A DNA stretch of 64,000 bases from Macrostomum lignano (taxonomy: Eukaryota): contig NIVC01001375.1 of assembly GCA_002269645.1 (NCBI GenBank), forward strand, positions 1 through 64,000. Direction: 5' to 3'. The position numbers were made by a program, and so were the translations under genes. The notes under the pieces are model-generated. The model was not told where the DNA came from and ran no database searches. It worked only from the letters and a program-made list of their open reading frames with translations. Position 1 is the stretch's first letter. Each line of letters starts with the position of its first letter. Below are positions 51,952-64,000 of this stretch, piece by piece.

Positions 51952-54108
51952 CTAGCAATATTCGCCCCCCGTTGGGGGACATCTGTATAGAATCTCTGCT
52001 CTCTACAAGTAACAAAAATATAGCCAAATAAAGCATTCACAATCACAAAGAAAACAGACAAAATACTTAAATGAAGTGCAATGCAAAAAGAAATCATCCC
52101 AAGACAGCAAGCATCCCCCAGATAGCAAGCATCCCCCAGATAGCTAGCATCCCCCAGATAGCAAGCATCCCCAAGATAGCAAGCTTCCCCCAGATAGCAA
52201 GCATCCCCCAGATAGCCAGCATCCCCCAGATAGCAAGCATCCCCAAGATAGCAAGCTTCCCCCAGATAACAAGCATCCCCCAGATAGCAAGCATCCCCCA
52301 GATAGCAAGCATCTTCCAGAGAGCAAGCTCCCCCAGATAGATAGCATCCCCAAATAGCAAGCATCCACCAGACAATAAGTAGCTAGTGCGACAATTTCCT
52401 TAGCATTATAGTGGCTCCTTTAAAATTCGCTTACTTTTACGTTTGAAATTGTGTATCTTTTATGTTTGACATGGTGGCTCTTTATTGTTTGACATGGTGG
52501 CTCTTTTATGTTGACATGGTGGCTCTTTTATGTTGACATGGTGGCTCTTTTATGTTTGATACGGTGCTTTTCAATGTCTGACATGGTGGCTCTTCTATGT
52601 TTGACATGGTGGCTCTTCTTTGTTTGACATGGTGGCTCTTTATTGTTTGACATGGTGGCTCTTTAATGTTTGACATGGTGGCTCTTTTATGTTTGACACG
52701 GCGGCTCTCTAATGTTTAACAAAGTGGCTATTTAATGTTCGAAATAGTGGCTCTTTAAAGTTTGACATAAAGTCACATATATGTTTGACATGGTGGCTCT
52801 TTATTGTTTGACATGGTGGCTCTTTAATGTTTAACCTGGTGGCTCTTTGATGTTTGACACGGCGGCTCTCTAATGTTTGACAAAGTGGTTATTTAATGTT
52901 CGAAATAGTGGCTCTTTAAAGTTTGACATAAAGTCACATATATGTTTGACATGGTGGCTCTTAAATGTTTGACATGGTGGCTCTTAAATGTTTGACATGG
53001 TGGCTCTTAAATGTTTGACATGGTGGCTCTTTAATGTTCTTCATGGTGGCTCTTAAATGTTTGACATGGTGGCTCTTAAATGTTTGACATGGTGGCTCTT
53101 AAATGTTTGACATGGTGGCTCTTAAATGTTTGACATGGTGGCTCTTTAATGTTCTTCATGGTGACTCTTAAATGTTTGACATGGTGGCTCTTTAATGTTC
53201 TTCATGGTGGCTCTTTAATGTTCTTCATGGTGGCTCTTAAATATTCTAAATGGTGGCTCTTTTATGTTCAACATGGTGGCTTTTTAATGTTTGAAATGGT
53301 GGCTCTTTTATGTTTGACATGGTGGCTCTTTACTGTTTGAAATGGTGGCTCTTTAATGTTTTACATGGTAACTCTTTTATGTTTGATACGGTGGCTTTTT
53401 AATGTCTGACATGGTGGCTCTTTTATGTTTGACATGGTGGCTCTTCTTTGTTTGACAAGGTGGCTCTTCTATGTTTGACATTGCGCTTCTACCAGGTATT
53501 ATGTTTAGCAGTTTTGTTGTGTTTTTAAGGTGTTTTGATAAAAAAAATCCTTTTGCACTACTAAGATTCGAACCCAGGTCGCTACATTAGCATTCCATTC
53601 TGTTCGCATCTTGGCTATCTCTTTTCAATTGGAGAACATGAATTGTGGCCCTTATAATTCAATTCTTACTGCAAGTCAATTGAAGTAAAAAGTTATGACA
53701 TAATCAATTTCTCAGTCAGCCAGTATCAGTCTCAATTTGAGTTAGCAATATTGGTTACGCAATTTAAATCAAGTCGTGTGTGCATTTCTTCGGCACTGTT
53801 TTCAACTTGTTGTGATGCAATCTTTATCACAATCGGAATTCAGCCAGTCAGCTTTTTCTCTAGCATTCTTACAATGCATTTCAAGTCGAAATTTTGCTTG
53901 ACCTTTGCAAGAAAGCATGTTTTTCGAATATTTAATCCCTTTCACATTGAGCAATTTCTTAGCTAAGATGCATGTACCGTCCCAGAAAAATTTCTGATCG
54001 AATGGTGCAAGTTTGAAGAAAATCGGTTGAGCCGTTTTTTCTGAAATCAATCGCATACCCATATACATACATACATACATACAGACAACTCATTTTTAGT
54101 ATATAGGA
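51952..54108 (-). mobile_element. Non-autonomous Helitron, family A, copy A1
   Basis: - strand 5' TCCTATATACTAAAAATG at 54108; 3' CCCCC-AAC-GGGGG hairpin then CTAG at 51952; internal 18-bp and ~22-bp minisatellites. Confidence 0.85.
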
Positions 54109-56734
54109 CTAGCAATCTACGCCCCCCGTTGGGGAGCCAAAGAAATGCAATACACGTTTTTTTAATAAGCTACATGTATCCTTGAAATCTTAAAAAATCT
54201 CCTGTCAAACCTTGTAAGCCTTGACATGTCAATAACTCCCCCCCCCACAAGCTTTAACACATCAACTTCCCCCATTGACATCTCAGCAATGCCCCCAATA
54301 AGCCTTGGAAATCTAAAAATATCTGTCAACCTTCTAACCCTAACCCTAGCCTAACCTTAACACTAGCCTAACCCTAACCCTAACCTAACCCTAAAGCATT
54401 GAAATTTCAGTAATTCTCTCTGAGAGTCATTATAGCACTACTACGGCATTATAGCGATTCCCTGCAAGCCTCGACATCGTAGGGATTCCCAAATGAATCT
54501 CTTAACTTCGACATGAAGCTTCTTTTATTTTTTACATTACGCTTTTTTATCAGCCCCCCATCCCCGTGGCGAGCCAACAAAGAATGCAATAAAAAATTGA
54601 GTAAAGTACATGAACTTTGAAATAGCCTCTGACTATTGCTTTGACATCTCAGAAACCCCCCCCCCCGTAATCTAAGTTATTCTCTGAGAGCCTTGACATC
54701 TCAGTAATTCTCCCCAGCACAGCATTATAGCTTCATTTAATTTTTACATGGCACCCTTCATGTCTGACATGACGCTTCTTTTATTCTACCATGATGCTTC
54801 TTAATATTTTAAATGACACTTTCATTACTTTTTAAATGAGGCTTCTATGATTTTTTCATGACGCTTCTATGATTTTTACATGACGCTTCTATGATTTCTT
54901 ACATGACGCTTCTACGATTTTTTAGATGACGCTTCGATGATTTTTCACATGACGCTTCTATGATTGTTTACATGACGCTTCTATGATTTTTTACATGACG
55001 CTTCTATGATTTTTTAAATGACGCTTCTATGATTGTTTACATGGCGCTTCTATGATTGTTTACATGACGCTTCTATGATTTTTTACATGGCGCTTCTATG
55101 ATTGTTTACATGACGCTTCTATGATTTTTTAAATGACGCTTCTATGATTGTTTACATGGCGCTTCTATGATTGTTTACATGACGCTTCTATGATTTTTTA
55201 AATGACGCTTCTATGATTTTTTCATGACGCTGCTACGATTTTTTACATGACGCTTCTATGATTGTTTAAATGACGCTTCTATGATTGTTTACGTGACGCT
55301 TCTATGATTGTTTAAATGACGCTTCTATGATTGTTTACATGACGCTTCTATGATTGTTTACATGACGCTTCTATGATTTTTTACATGACGCTTCTATGAT
55401 TGTTTACATGACGCTTCTATGATTGTTTACATGACGCTTCTAAGATTGTTTACATGACGCTTCTATGATTTTTTAAATGACGCTTCTATGATTTTTTAAA
55501 TGACGCTTCTATGATTTTTTAAATGACGCTTCTATGATTGTTTACATGACGCTTCTACGATTCTTTACATGACGCTTCTATGATTTTTTTACATGACACT
55601 TCTATGATTGTTTACATGACGCTTCTATGATTGTTTACATGACGCTTCTATGATTGTTTACATGACGCTTCTATGATTGTTTACATGACGCTTCTATGAT
55701 TGTTTACATGACGCTTCTATGATTGTTTACATGACGCTTCTATGATTGTTTACATGACGCTTCTATGATTTTTTAAATGACGCTTCTATGATTGTTTACA
55801 TGACGCTTCTATGATTGTTTACATGACGCTTCTATGATTTTTTTACATGACGCTTCTATGATTGTTTACATGACGCTTCTATGATTGTTTACATGACGCT
55901 TCTATGATTTTTACATGGCGCTTCTATGATTTTTACATGACGCTTCTATGATTGTTTACATGACGCTTCTATGATTTTTTAAATGACGCTTCTATGATTT
56001 TTAAATGACGCTTCTATGATTTTTTACATGACACTTCTATGATTGTTTACATGACGCTTCTATGATTTTTTACATGACGCTTCTACGAATTTTACATGAC
56101 GCTTCTTTTTAAAAAGTCTTTTAGTTTTCCTGACGTTGAAAAGATTTAATTTAAAAAAATTATACTCTATGAAAATTCAAACCATCGTCTCTGCATTTAG
56201 CTGTTCAGTTTGTTCACCTCTAGGCTAGCTCTCATCGTTTTGATAACATCAACTTTTGCACTTATATAATTCAACACTTTAAAATCCAAGCATAGAGTAA
56301 ATCACACGAAGCAGTTATGACATAATCAGTTTTTCAGTCAGTCGGTATCAGTTAACAATATGGTTACGCAATTTAAATCAAGTCTGGTGCTACGCTTTCA
56401 CACTGCATTTCCAATTCAAGTCGGAGTTACAATTCAGTTATGATGCAATCTATTTCAGAATCAGAATTCAACCAGTAAGTTTTTTCTCTAGCATTCTTAC
56501 AATGCATTTCAAGTCGAAAAGTTTGCTTGACCTTTGCAAAAAAAGCATGTTTTTCGAATATTTAATGCCTTTAGCATCGAGCAATTTCTTAGCCACGATG
56601 CATGTACCGTCACGGGAAAATTTCTGATCGAACAGTGCAAGTTCGAACAAAATCGGTCCAGCCATTTTTTCTCTAATCGATCACATAGATAGATAGATAG
56701 ATAGACACAGACAGACCATTTTTAGTATATAGGA
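54109..56734 (-). mobile_element. Non-autonomous Helitron, family B, copy B1
   Basis: 5' TC at 56734, (TATC)n near the 5' end, GGCTGGACCGATTTT motif, ~23-bp minisatellite, CCCTAA-like patch, 3' hairpin plus CTAG at 54109. Confidence 0.85.
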
Positions 56735-59700
56735 CTAGCAATCTTCGCCCCCGTTGGGGGACGTCTGTATAGAACCTCTGTTCTCTACAAGTAACAAAAA
56801 GATAGCCAAAAAAAGCCTTCACAAAGAAAACAGACAAAATACTCAAAGGAAGTTCAATGCAAAAAGAAATCATCCCAAGACAGCAAGCATTCCCCAGATA
56901 GCAAGCATCCTCCAGATTGCAAGCAACCCCCGGATAGCAAGCATCCCCCAGATAGCAAGCATCCCCCAGATAGCAAGCATCCCCTAGATAGCAACCATCC
57001 TCCAGATAGCAAGCATCCCCCAGATAGCAAGCATCCCTCAGATAGCAAGCATCCCTCAGATAGCAAGCATCCCCCAGATAGCAAGCATCCCCCAGATAGC
57101 AAGCATCCCCCAGATAGCAAGCATCCCCCAGATAGCAAGCATCCCAAGATAGCAAGCATCCCCCAGATAGCAAGCATCCCCCAGATAGCAAGCATCCCCC
57201 AGATAGCAAGCATCCCCCAGATAGCAAGCATCCCCAAGATAGCAAGCATCCCCCAGATAGCAAGCATCCCAAGAAAGAAAGCATCCCTCAGATAGCAAGC
57301 ATCCCCAAATAGCAAGCATCCACCAGACAATAAGTAGCTAGTGCGACAATTTCCTTAGCATTATAGTGGCTCCTTTAAAATTCGCTTACTTTCACGTTTG
57401 AAATTGTGTAAATTTTATGTTCGACATGGTGGCTCTTTTATGCTTGACATGGTGGCTCTTTTATGTTCGACATGGTGGCTCTTTTATGTTTGACATGGTG
57501 GCTCTTAAATGTTTGACATGGTGGCTCTTTAATGTTCGACATGGTGGCTCTTTATTGTTTAACATGGTGGCTCTTTATGTTTGACATGGTGGCTCTTTAA
57601 TGATTGACATGGTGGCTCTTTTATGTTCGACATGGTGGCTCTTTTATGTTTGACATGGTGGCTCTTAAATGTTTGACATCGTGGCTCTTTAATGTTCGAC
57701 ATGGTGGCTCTTTATTGTTTAACATGGTGGCTCTTTAATGTTTGACATGGTGGCTCTTTAATGTTTGAAATGGTAGCTCTTTCATGTTTGACATGGTGGC
57801 TCTTTAATGTTCGAAATAGTGGCTCTTTAATGTTCGAAATGGTGGCTCTTTAATGTTTGACACAAAGTCACATATATGTTTGACATGGTGGCTCTTAAAT
57901 GTTTGACATGGTGGCTCTTAAATGTTTGACATGTTGGCTCTTTTATGTTTGACATGTTGGCTCTTTTATGTTTGACATGGTGGTTCTTTAATGTTCGAAA
58001 AAGTGGCTCCTAAATATTTGACATAGTGGCTCTTTGATGTTCGAAATAGTGGCTCTTTTATGGTCGACATGGTGGCTCTTTATTGTTTAACATGGTGGCT
58101 CTTTAATGTTCGACATATGGTGTCTCATTTATGTTTGACATGGTGGCTCTTTAATGTTTGACATTGAGTCACGTTTATGTTTCACATGATGACTCTTTTA
58201 TGTTTGACATGATGGCTATTTTATGTTTGACATGGTAGCTCTTTTATATTTTACTTGGTGGCATTTCTATGTTTGACATAGTGGCTCTTTAATGTTTGAC
58301 ATGGTGGCACTTTAATGTTTGACATAAAGTCACTTATATGTTCGAAATGGTGACTCTTTAATATTTTACATTGTGGCTCTTAAGTGTTCGACATGGTGGC
58401 TCTTTTAGGTTTAACATGGTGGCTCTTTTAGGTTTAACATGGTGGCTCTTTTAGGTTTAACATGGTGGCTCCTTTAGGTTTAACATGGTGGCTCTTAAAT
58501 ATTTGACATAAAGTCACTTATATGGTTGACATGGTGGCTCTTTTATATTCTACATTTTGGCTCTTAAACTTTCGACATGGTGGCTCTTTTAGGTTTGACA
58601 TGGTGGCTCTTTTATGCTTGATATGGTGGCTCTTTAATGTTTAACATTGTGGCTCTTAAGTGTTCGACATGGTGGCTCTTTAATGTTCGAAATGGTGGCT
58701 CTTTTGTTTTACATGGTGGCTCTTTAATGTTCGACATGGTGGCTCTTTTGTTTTACATGGTGGCTCTTTAATGTTCGACATGGTGGCTCTTTAATATTTT
58801 ACATTGTGGCTCTTAAGTGTTCGACATGGTGGCTCTTTTAGGTTTAACATGGTGGCTCTTTTAGGTTTAACATGGTGGCTCTTAAATATTTGACATAAAG
58901 TCACTTCTATGGTTGACATGGTGGCTCTTTTAGGTTTGACATGGTGACTTTTAATGTTAGACATGGTGGCTCTTTGATATTCGACAGGGTGGCTCTTTAA
59001 TGTTCGACATGGTGGCTCTTTAATGTTAGACATGGTGGCTCTTTAATGTTCGACATGGTGACTCTTTAATGTTAGACATGGTGGCTCTTTAATGTTCGAC
59101 ATGGTGGCTCTTTAATGTTCGACATGGTGGCTCTTTAATGTTTGACATCGTAGCTCTGTTATGTTCGAAATTGTGGCTCTTTAATGTTCGAAATGGTGGC
59201 TCTTTAATGTTTGACACAAAGTCACATATATGTTTGACATGGTGGCTCTTAAATGTTTGACATGGTGGCTCTTCTATGTTTGACATTGCGCTTCTACCAG
59301 GTATTATGTTTAGCAGTTTTGTTGTGTTTTTAAGGTGTTTTGATAAAAAAAATCCTTTTGCACTACTAAGATTCGAACCCAGGTCGCTACATTAGCATTC
59401 CATTCTGTTCGCATCTTGGCTATCTCTTTTCAATTGGAGAACATGAATTGTGGCCCTTATAATTCAATTCTTACTGCAAGTCAATTGAAGTAAAAAGTTA
59501 TGACATAATCAATTTCTCAGTCAGCCAGTATCAGTCTCAATTTGAGTTAGCAATATTGGTTACGCAATTTAAATCAAGTCGTGTGTGCATTTCTTCGGCA
59601 CTGTTTTCAACTTGTTGTGATGCAATCTTTATCACAATCGGAATTCAGCCAGTCAGCTTTTTCTCTAGCATTCTTACAATGCATTTCAAGTCGAAATTTT

Positions 59701-59913
59701 GCTTGACCTTTGCAAGAAAGCATGTTTTTCGAATATTTAATCCCTTTCACATTGAGCAATTTCTTAGCTAAGATGCATGTACCGTCCCAGAAAAATTTCT
59801 GATCGAATGGTGCAAGTTTGAAGAAAATCGGTTGAGCCGTTTTTTCTGAAATCAATCGCATACCCATATACATACATACATACATACAGACAACTCATTT
59901 TTAGTATATAGGA
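56735..59913 (-). mobile_element. Non-autonomous Helitron, family A, copy A2
   Basis: Same termini as A1 with longer minisatellites; its 5' ~650 bp matches A1. Confidence 0.85.
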
Positions 59914-62532
59914 CTAGCAATCTACGCCCCCGTTGGGGAGCCAAAGAAATGCAATACACGTTTTTTTAATAAGCTACATGTATCCTTGAAATCTTAAAAA
60001 ATCTCCTGTCAAACCTTGTAAGCCTTGACATGTCAATAACTCCCCCCCCACAAGCTTTAACACATCAACTTCCCCATTGACATCTCAGCAATGCCCCCAA
60101 TAAGCCTTGGAAATCTAAAAATATCTGTCAACCTTCTAACCCTAACCCTAGCCTAACCTTAACACTAGCCTAACCCTAACCCTAACCTAACCCTAAAGCA
60201 TTGAAATTTCAGTAATTCTCTCTGAGAGTCATTATAGCACTACTACGGCATTATAGCGATTCCCTGCAAGCCTCGACATCGTAGGGATTCCCAAATGAAT
60301 CTCTTAACTTCGACATGAAGCTTCTTTTATTTTTTACATTACGCTTTTTTATCAGCCCCCCATCCCCGTGGCGAGCCAACAAAGAATGCAATAAAAAATT
60401 GAGTAAAGTACATGAACTTTGAAATAGCCTCTGACTATTGCTTTGACATCTCAGAAACCCCCCCCGTAATCTAAGTTATTCTCTGAGAGCCTTGACATCT
60501 CAGTAATTCTCCCCAGCACAGCATTATAGCTTCATTTAATTTTTACATGGCACCCTTCATGTCTGACATGACGCTTCTTTTATTCTACCATGATGCTTCT
60601 TAATATTTTAAATGACACTTTCATTACTTTTTAAATGAGGCTTCTATGATTTTTTCATGACGCTTCTATGATTTTTACATGACGCTTCTATGATTTCTTA
60701 CATGACGCTTCTACGATTTTTTAGATGACGCTTCGATGATTTTTCACATGACGCTTCTATGATTGTTTACATGACGCTTCTATGATTTTTTACATGACGC
60801 TTCTATGATTTTTTAAATGACGCTTCTATGATTGTTTACATGGCGCTTCTATGATTGTTTACATGACGCTTCTATGATTTTTTACATGGCGCTTCTATGA
60901 TTGTTTACATGACGCTTCTATGATTTTTTAAATGACGCTTCTATGATTGTTTACATGGCGCTTCTATGATTGTTTACATGACGCTTCTATGATTTTTTAA
61001 ATGACGCTTCTATGATTTTTTCATGACGCTGCTACGATTTTTTACATGACGCTTCTATGATTGTTTAAATGACGCTTCTATGATTGTTTACGTGACGCTT
61101 CTATGATTGTTTACATGACGCTTCTATGATTGTTTACATGACGCTTCTATGATTGTTTACATGACGCTTCTATGATTTTTTACATGACGCTTCTATGATT
61201 GTTTACATGACGCTTCTATGATTGTTTACATGACGCTTCTAAGATTGTTTACATGACGCTTCTATGATTTTTTAAATGACGCTTCTATGATTTTTAAATG
61301 ACGCTTCTATGATTTTTTAAATGACGCTTCTATGATTGTTTACATGACGCTTCTACGATTCTTTACATGACGCTTCTATGATTTTTTTACATGACACTTC
61401 TATGATTGTTTACATGACGCTTCTATGATTGTTTACATGACGCTTCTATGATTGTTTACATGACGCTTCTATGATTGTTTACATGACGCTTCTATGATTG
61501 TTTACATGACGCTTCTATGATTGTTTACATGACGCTTCTATGATTGTTTACATGACGCTTCTATGATTTTTTAAATGACGCTTCTATGATTGTTTACATG
61601 ACGCTTCTATGATTGTTTACATGACGCTTCTATGATTTTTTTACATGACGCTTCTATGATTGTTTACATGACGCTTCTATGATTGTTTACATGACGCTTC
61701 TATGATTTTTACATGGCGCTTCTATGATTTTTACATGACGCTTCTATGATTGTTTACATGACGCTTCTATGATTTTTTAAATGACGCTTCTATGATTTTT
61801 AAATGACGCTTCTATGATTTTTTACATGACACTTCTATGATTGTTTACATGACGCTTCTATGATTTTTTACATGACGCTTCTACGAATTTTACATGACGC
61901 TTCTTTTTAAAAAGTCTTTTAGTTTTCCTGACGTTGAAAAGATTTAATTTAAAAAAATTATACTCTATGAAAATTCAAACCATCGTCTCTGCATTTAGCT
62001 GTTCAGTTTGTTCACCTCTAGGCTAGCTCTCATCGTTTTGATAACATCAACTTTTGCACTTATATAATTCAACACTTTAAAATCCAAGCATAGAGTAAAT
62101 CACACGAAGCAGTTATGACATAATCAGTTTTTCAGTCAGTCGGTATCAGTTAACAATATGGTTACGCAATTTAAATCAAGTCTGGTGCTACGCTTTCACA
62201 CTGCATTTCCAATTCAAGTCGGAGTTACAATTCAGTTATGATGCAATCTATTTCAGAATCAGAATTCAACCAGTAAGTTTTTTCTCTAGCATTCTTACAA
62301 TGCATTTCAAGTCGAAAAGTTTGCTTGACCTTTGCAAAAAAAGCATGTTTTTCGAATATTTAATGCCTTTAGCATCGAGCAATTTCTTAGCCACGATGCA
62401 TGTACCGTCACGGGAAAATTTCTGATCGAACAGTGCAAGTTCGAACAAAATCGGTCCAGCCATTTTTTCTCTAATCGATCACATAGATAGATAGATAGAT
62501 AGACACAGACAGACCATTTTTAGTATATAGGA
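59914..62532 (-). mobile_element. Non-autonomous Helitron, family B, copy B2
   Basis: Near-identical to B1 (offset 5805). Confidence 0.85.
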
Positions 62533-64000
62533 CTAGCAATCTTCGCCCCCCGTTGGGGGACGTCTGTATAGAACCTCTGTTCTCTACAAGTAACAAAAAG
62601 ATAGCCAAAAAAAGCCTTCACAAAGAAAACAGACAAAATACTCAAAGGAAGTTCAATGCAAAAAGAAATCATCCCAAGACAGCAAGCATTCCCCAGATAG
62701 CAAGCATCCTCCAGATTGCAAGCAACCCCCGGATAGCAAGCATCCCCCAGATAGCAAGCATCCCCCAGATAGCAAGCATCCCCTAGATAGCAACCATCCT
62801 CCAGATAGCAAGCATCCCCCAGATAGCAAGCATCCCTCAGATAGCAAGCATCCCTCAGATAGCAAGCATCCCCCAGATAGCAAGCATCCCCCAGATAGCA
62901 AGCATCCCCCAGATAGCAAGCATCCCCCAGATAGCAAGCATCCCAAGATAGCAAGCATCCCCCAGATAGCAAGCATCCCCCAGATAGCAAGCATCCCCAG
63001 ATAGCAAGCATCCCCCAGATAGCAAGCATCCCAAGATAGCAAGCATCCCCCAGATAGCAAGCATCCCCAAGAAAGAAAGCATCCCTCAGATAGCAAGCAT
63101 CCCCAAATAGCAAGCATCCACCAGACAATAAGTAGCTAGTGCGACAATTTCCTTAGCATTATAGTGGCTCCTTTAAAATTCGCTTACTTTCACGTTTGAA
63201 ATTGTGTAAATTTTATGTTCGACATGGTGGCTCTTTTATGCTTGACATGGTGGCTCTTTTATGTTCGACATGGTGGCTCTTTTATGTTTGACATGGTGGC
63301 TCTTAAATGTTTGACATGGTGGCTCTTTAATGTTCGACATGGTGGCTCTTTATTGTTTAACATGGTGGCTCTTTATGTTTGACATGGTGGCTCTTTAATG
63401 ATTGACATGGTGGCTCTTTTATGTTCGACATGGTGGCTCTTTTATGTTTGACATGGTGGCTCTTAAATGTTTGACATCGTGGCTCTTTAATGTTCGACAT
63501 GGTGGCTCTTTATTGTTTAACATGGTGGCTCTTTAATGTTTGACATGGTGGCTCTTTAATGTTTGAAATGGTAGCTCTTTCATGTTTGACATGGTGGCTC
63601 TTTAATGTTCGAAATAGTGGCTCTTTAATGTTCGAAATGGTGGCTCTTTAATGTTTGACACAAAGTCACATATATGTTTGACATGGTGGCTCTTAAATGT
63701 TTGACATGGTGGCTCTTAAATGTTTGACATGTTGGCTCTTTTATGTTTGACATGTTGGCTCTTTTATGTTTGACATGGTGGTTCTTTAATGTTCGAAAAA
63801 GTGGCTCCTAAATATTTGACATAGTGGCTCTTTGATGTTCGAAATAGTGGCTCTTTTATGGTCGACATGGTGGCTCTTTATTGTTTAACATGGTGGCTCT
63901 TTAATGTTCGACATATGGTGTCTCATTTATGTTTGACATGGTGGCTCTTTAATGTTTGACATTGAGTCACGTTTATGTTTCACATGATGACTCTTTTATG
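62533..64000 (-). mobile_element. Non-autonomous Helitron, family A, copy A3 (runs off window)
   Basis: Near-identical to the start of A2 (offset 5798); 3' CTAG plus hairpin at 62533. Confidence 0.85.

Overview
Eukaryotic, intron-containing, repeat-rich animal DNA. GC-rich exons, minisatellite-filled introns and the gene content suggest an invertebrate such as a free-living flatworm (Macrostomum-like; inference only). Genes reconstructed by hand: a C2H2 zinc-finger protein with a 15-aa charged repeat; a 3-exon mitochondrial-type selenoprotein thioredoxin reductase with a GCUG end and a second internal in-frame TGA; a secreted triple-LCCL protein; a 3-exon RFamide neuropeptide precursor absent from the ORF track; two tandem intronless OATP/SLCO transporters with mosaic identity; an ERR-like nuclear receptor; and a secreted PAN-like plus ALK/LTK-type glycine-rich protein with a partial tandem duplicate. 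Mobile DNA: hAT relic with TIRs and 8-bp TSD, two Ty3/Gypsy fragments, an intron-bearing Crypton relic, an inverted pair of tRNA-derived SINEs, a foldback-like element, a non-LTR 3' fragment, and a >12 kb head-to-tail A-B-A-B-A array of non-autonomous Helitrons whose empty AT target site is visible in the paralogous gene. Most long ORFs in the track are minisatellite artefacts. Six frameshifts in four genes are each a 1-nt loss at a short C/G run, suggesting long-read consensus errors.
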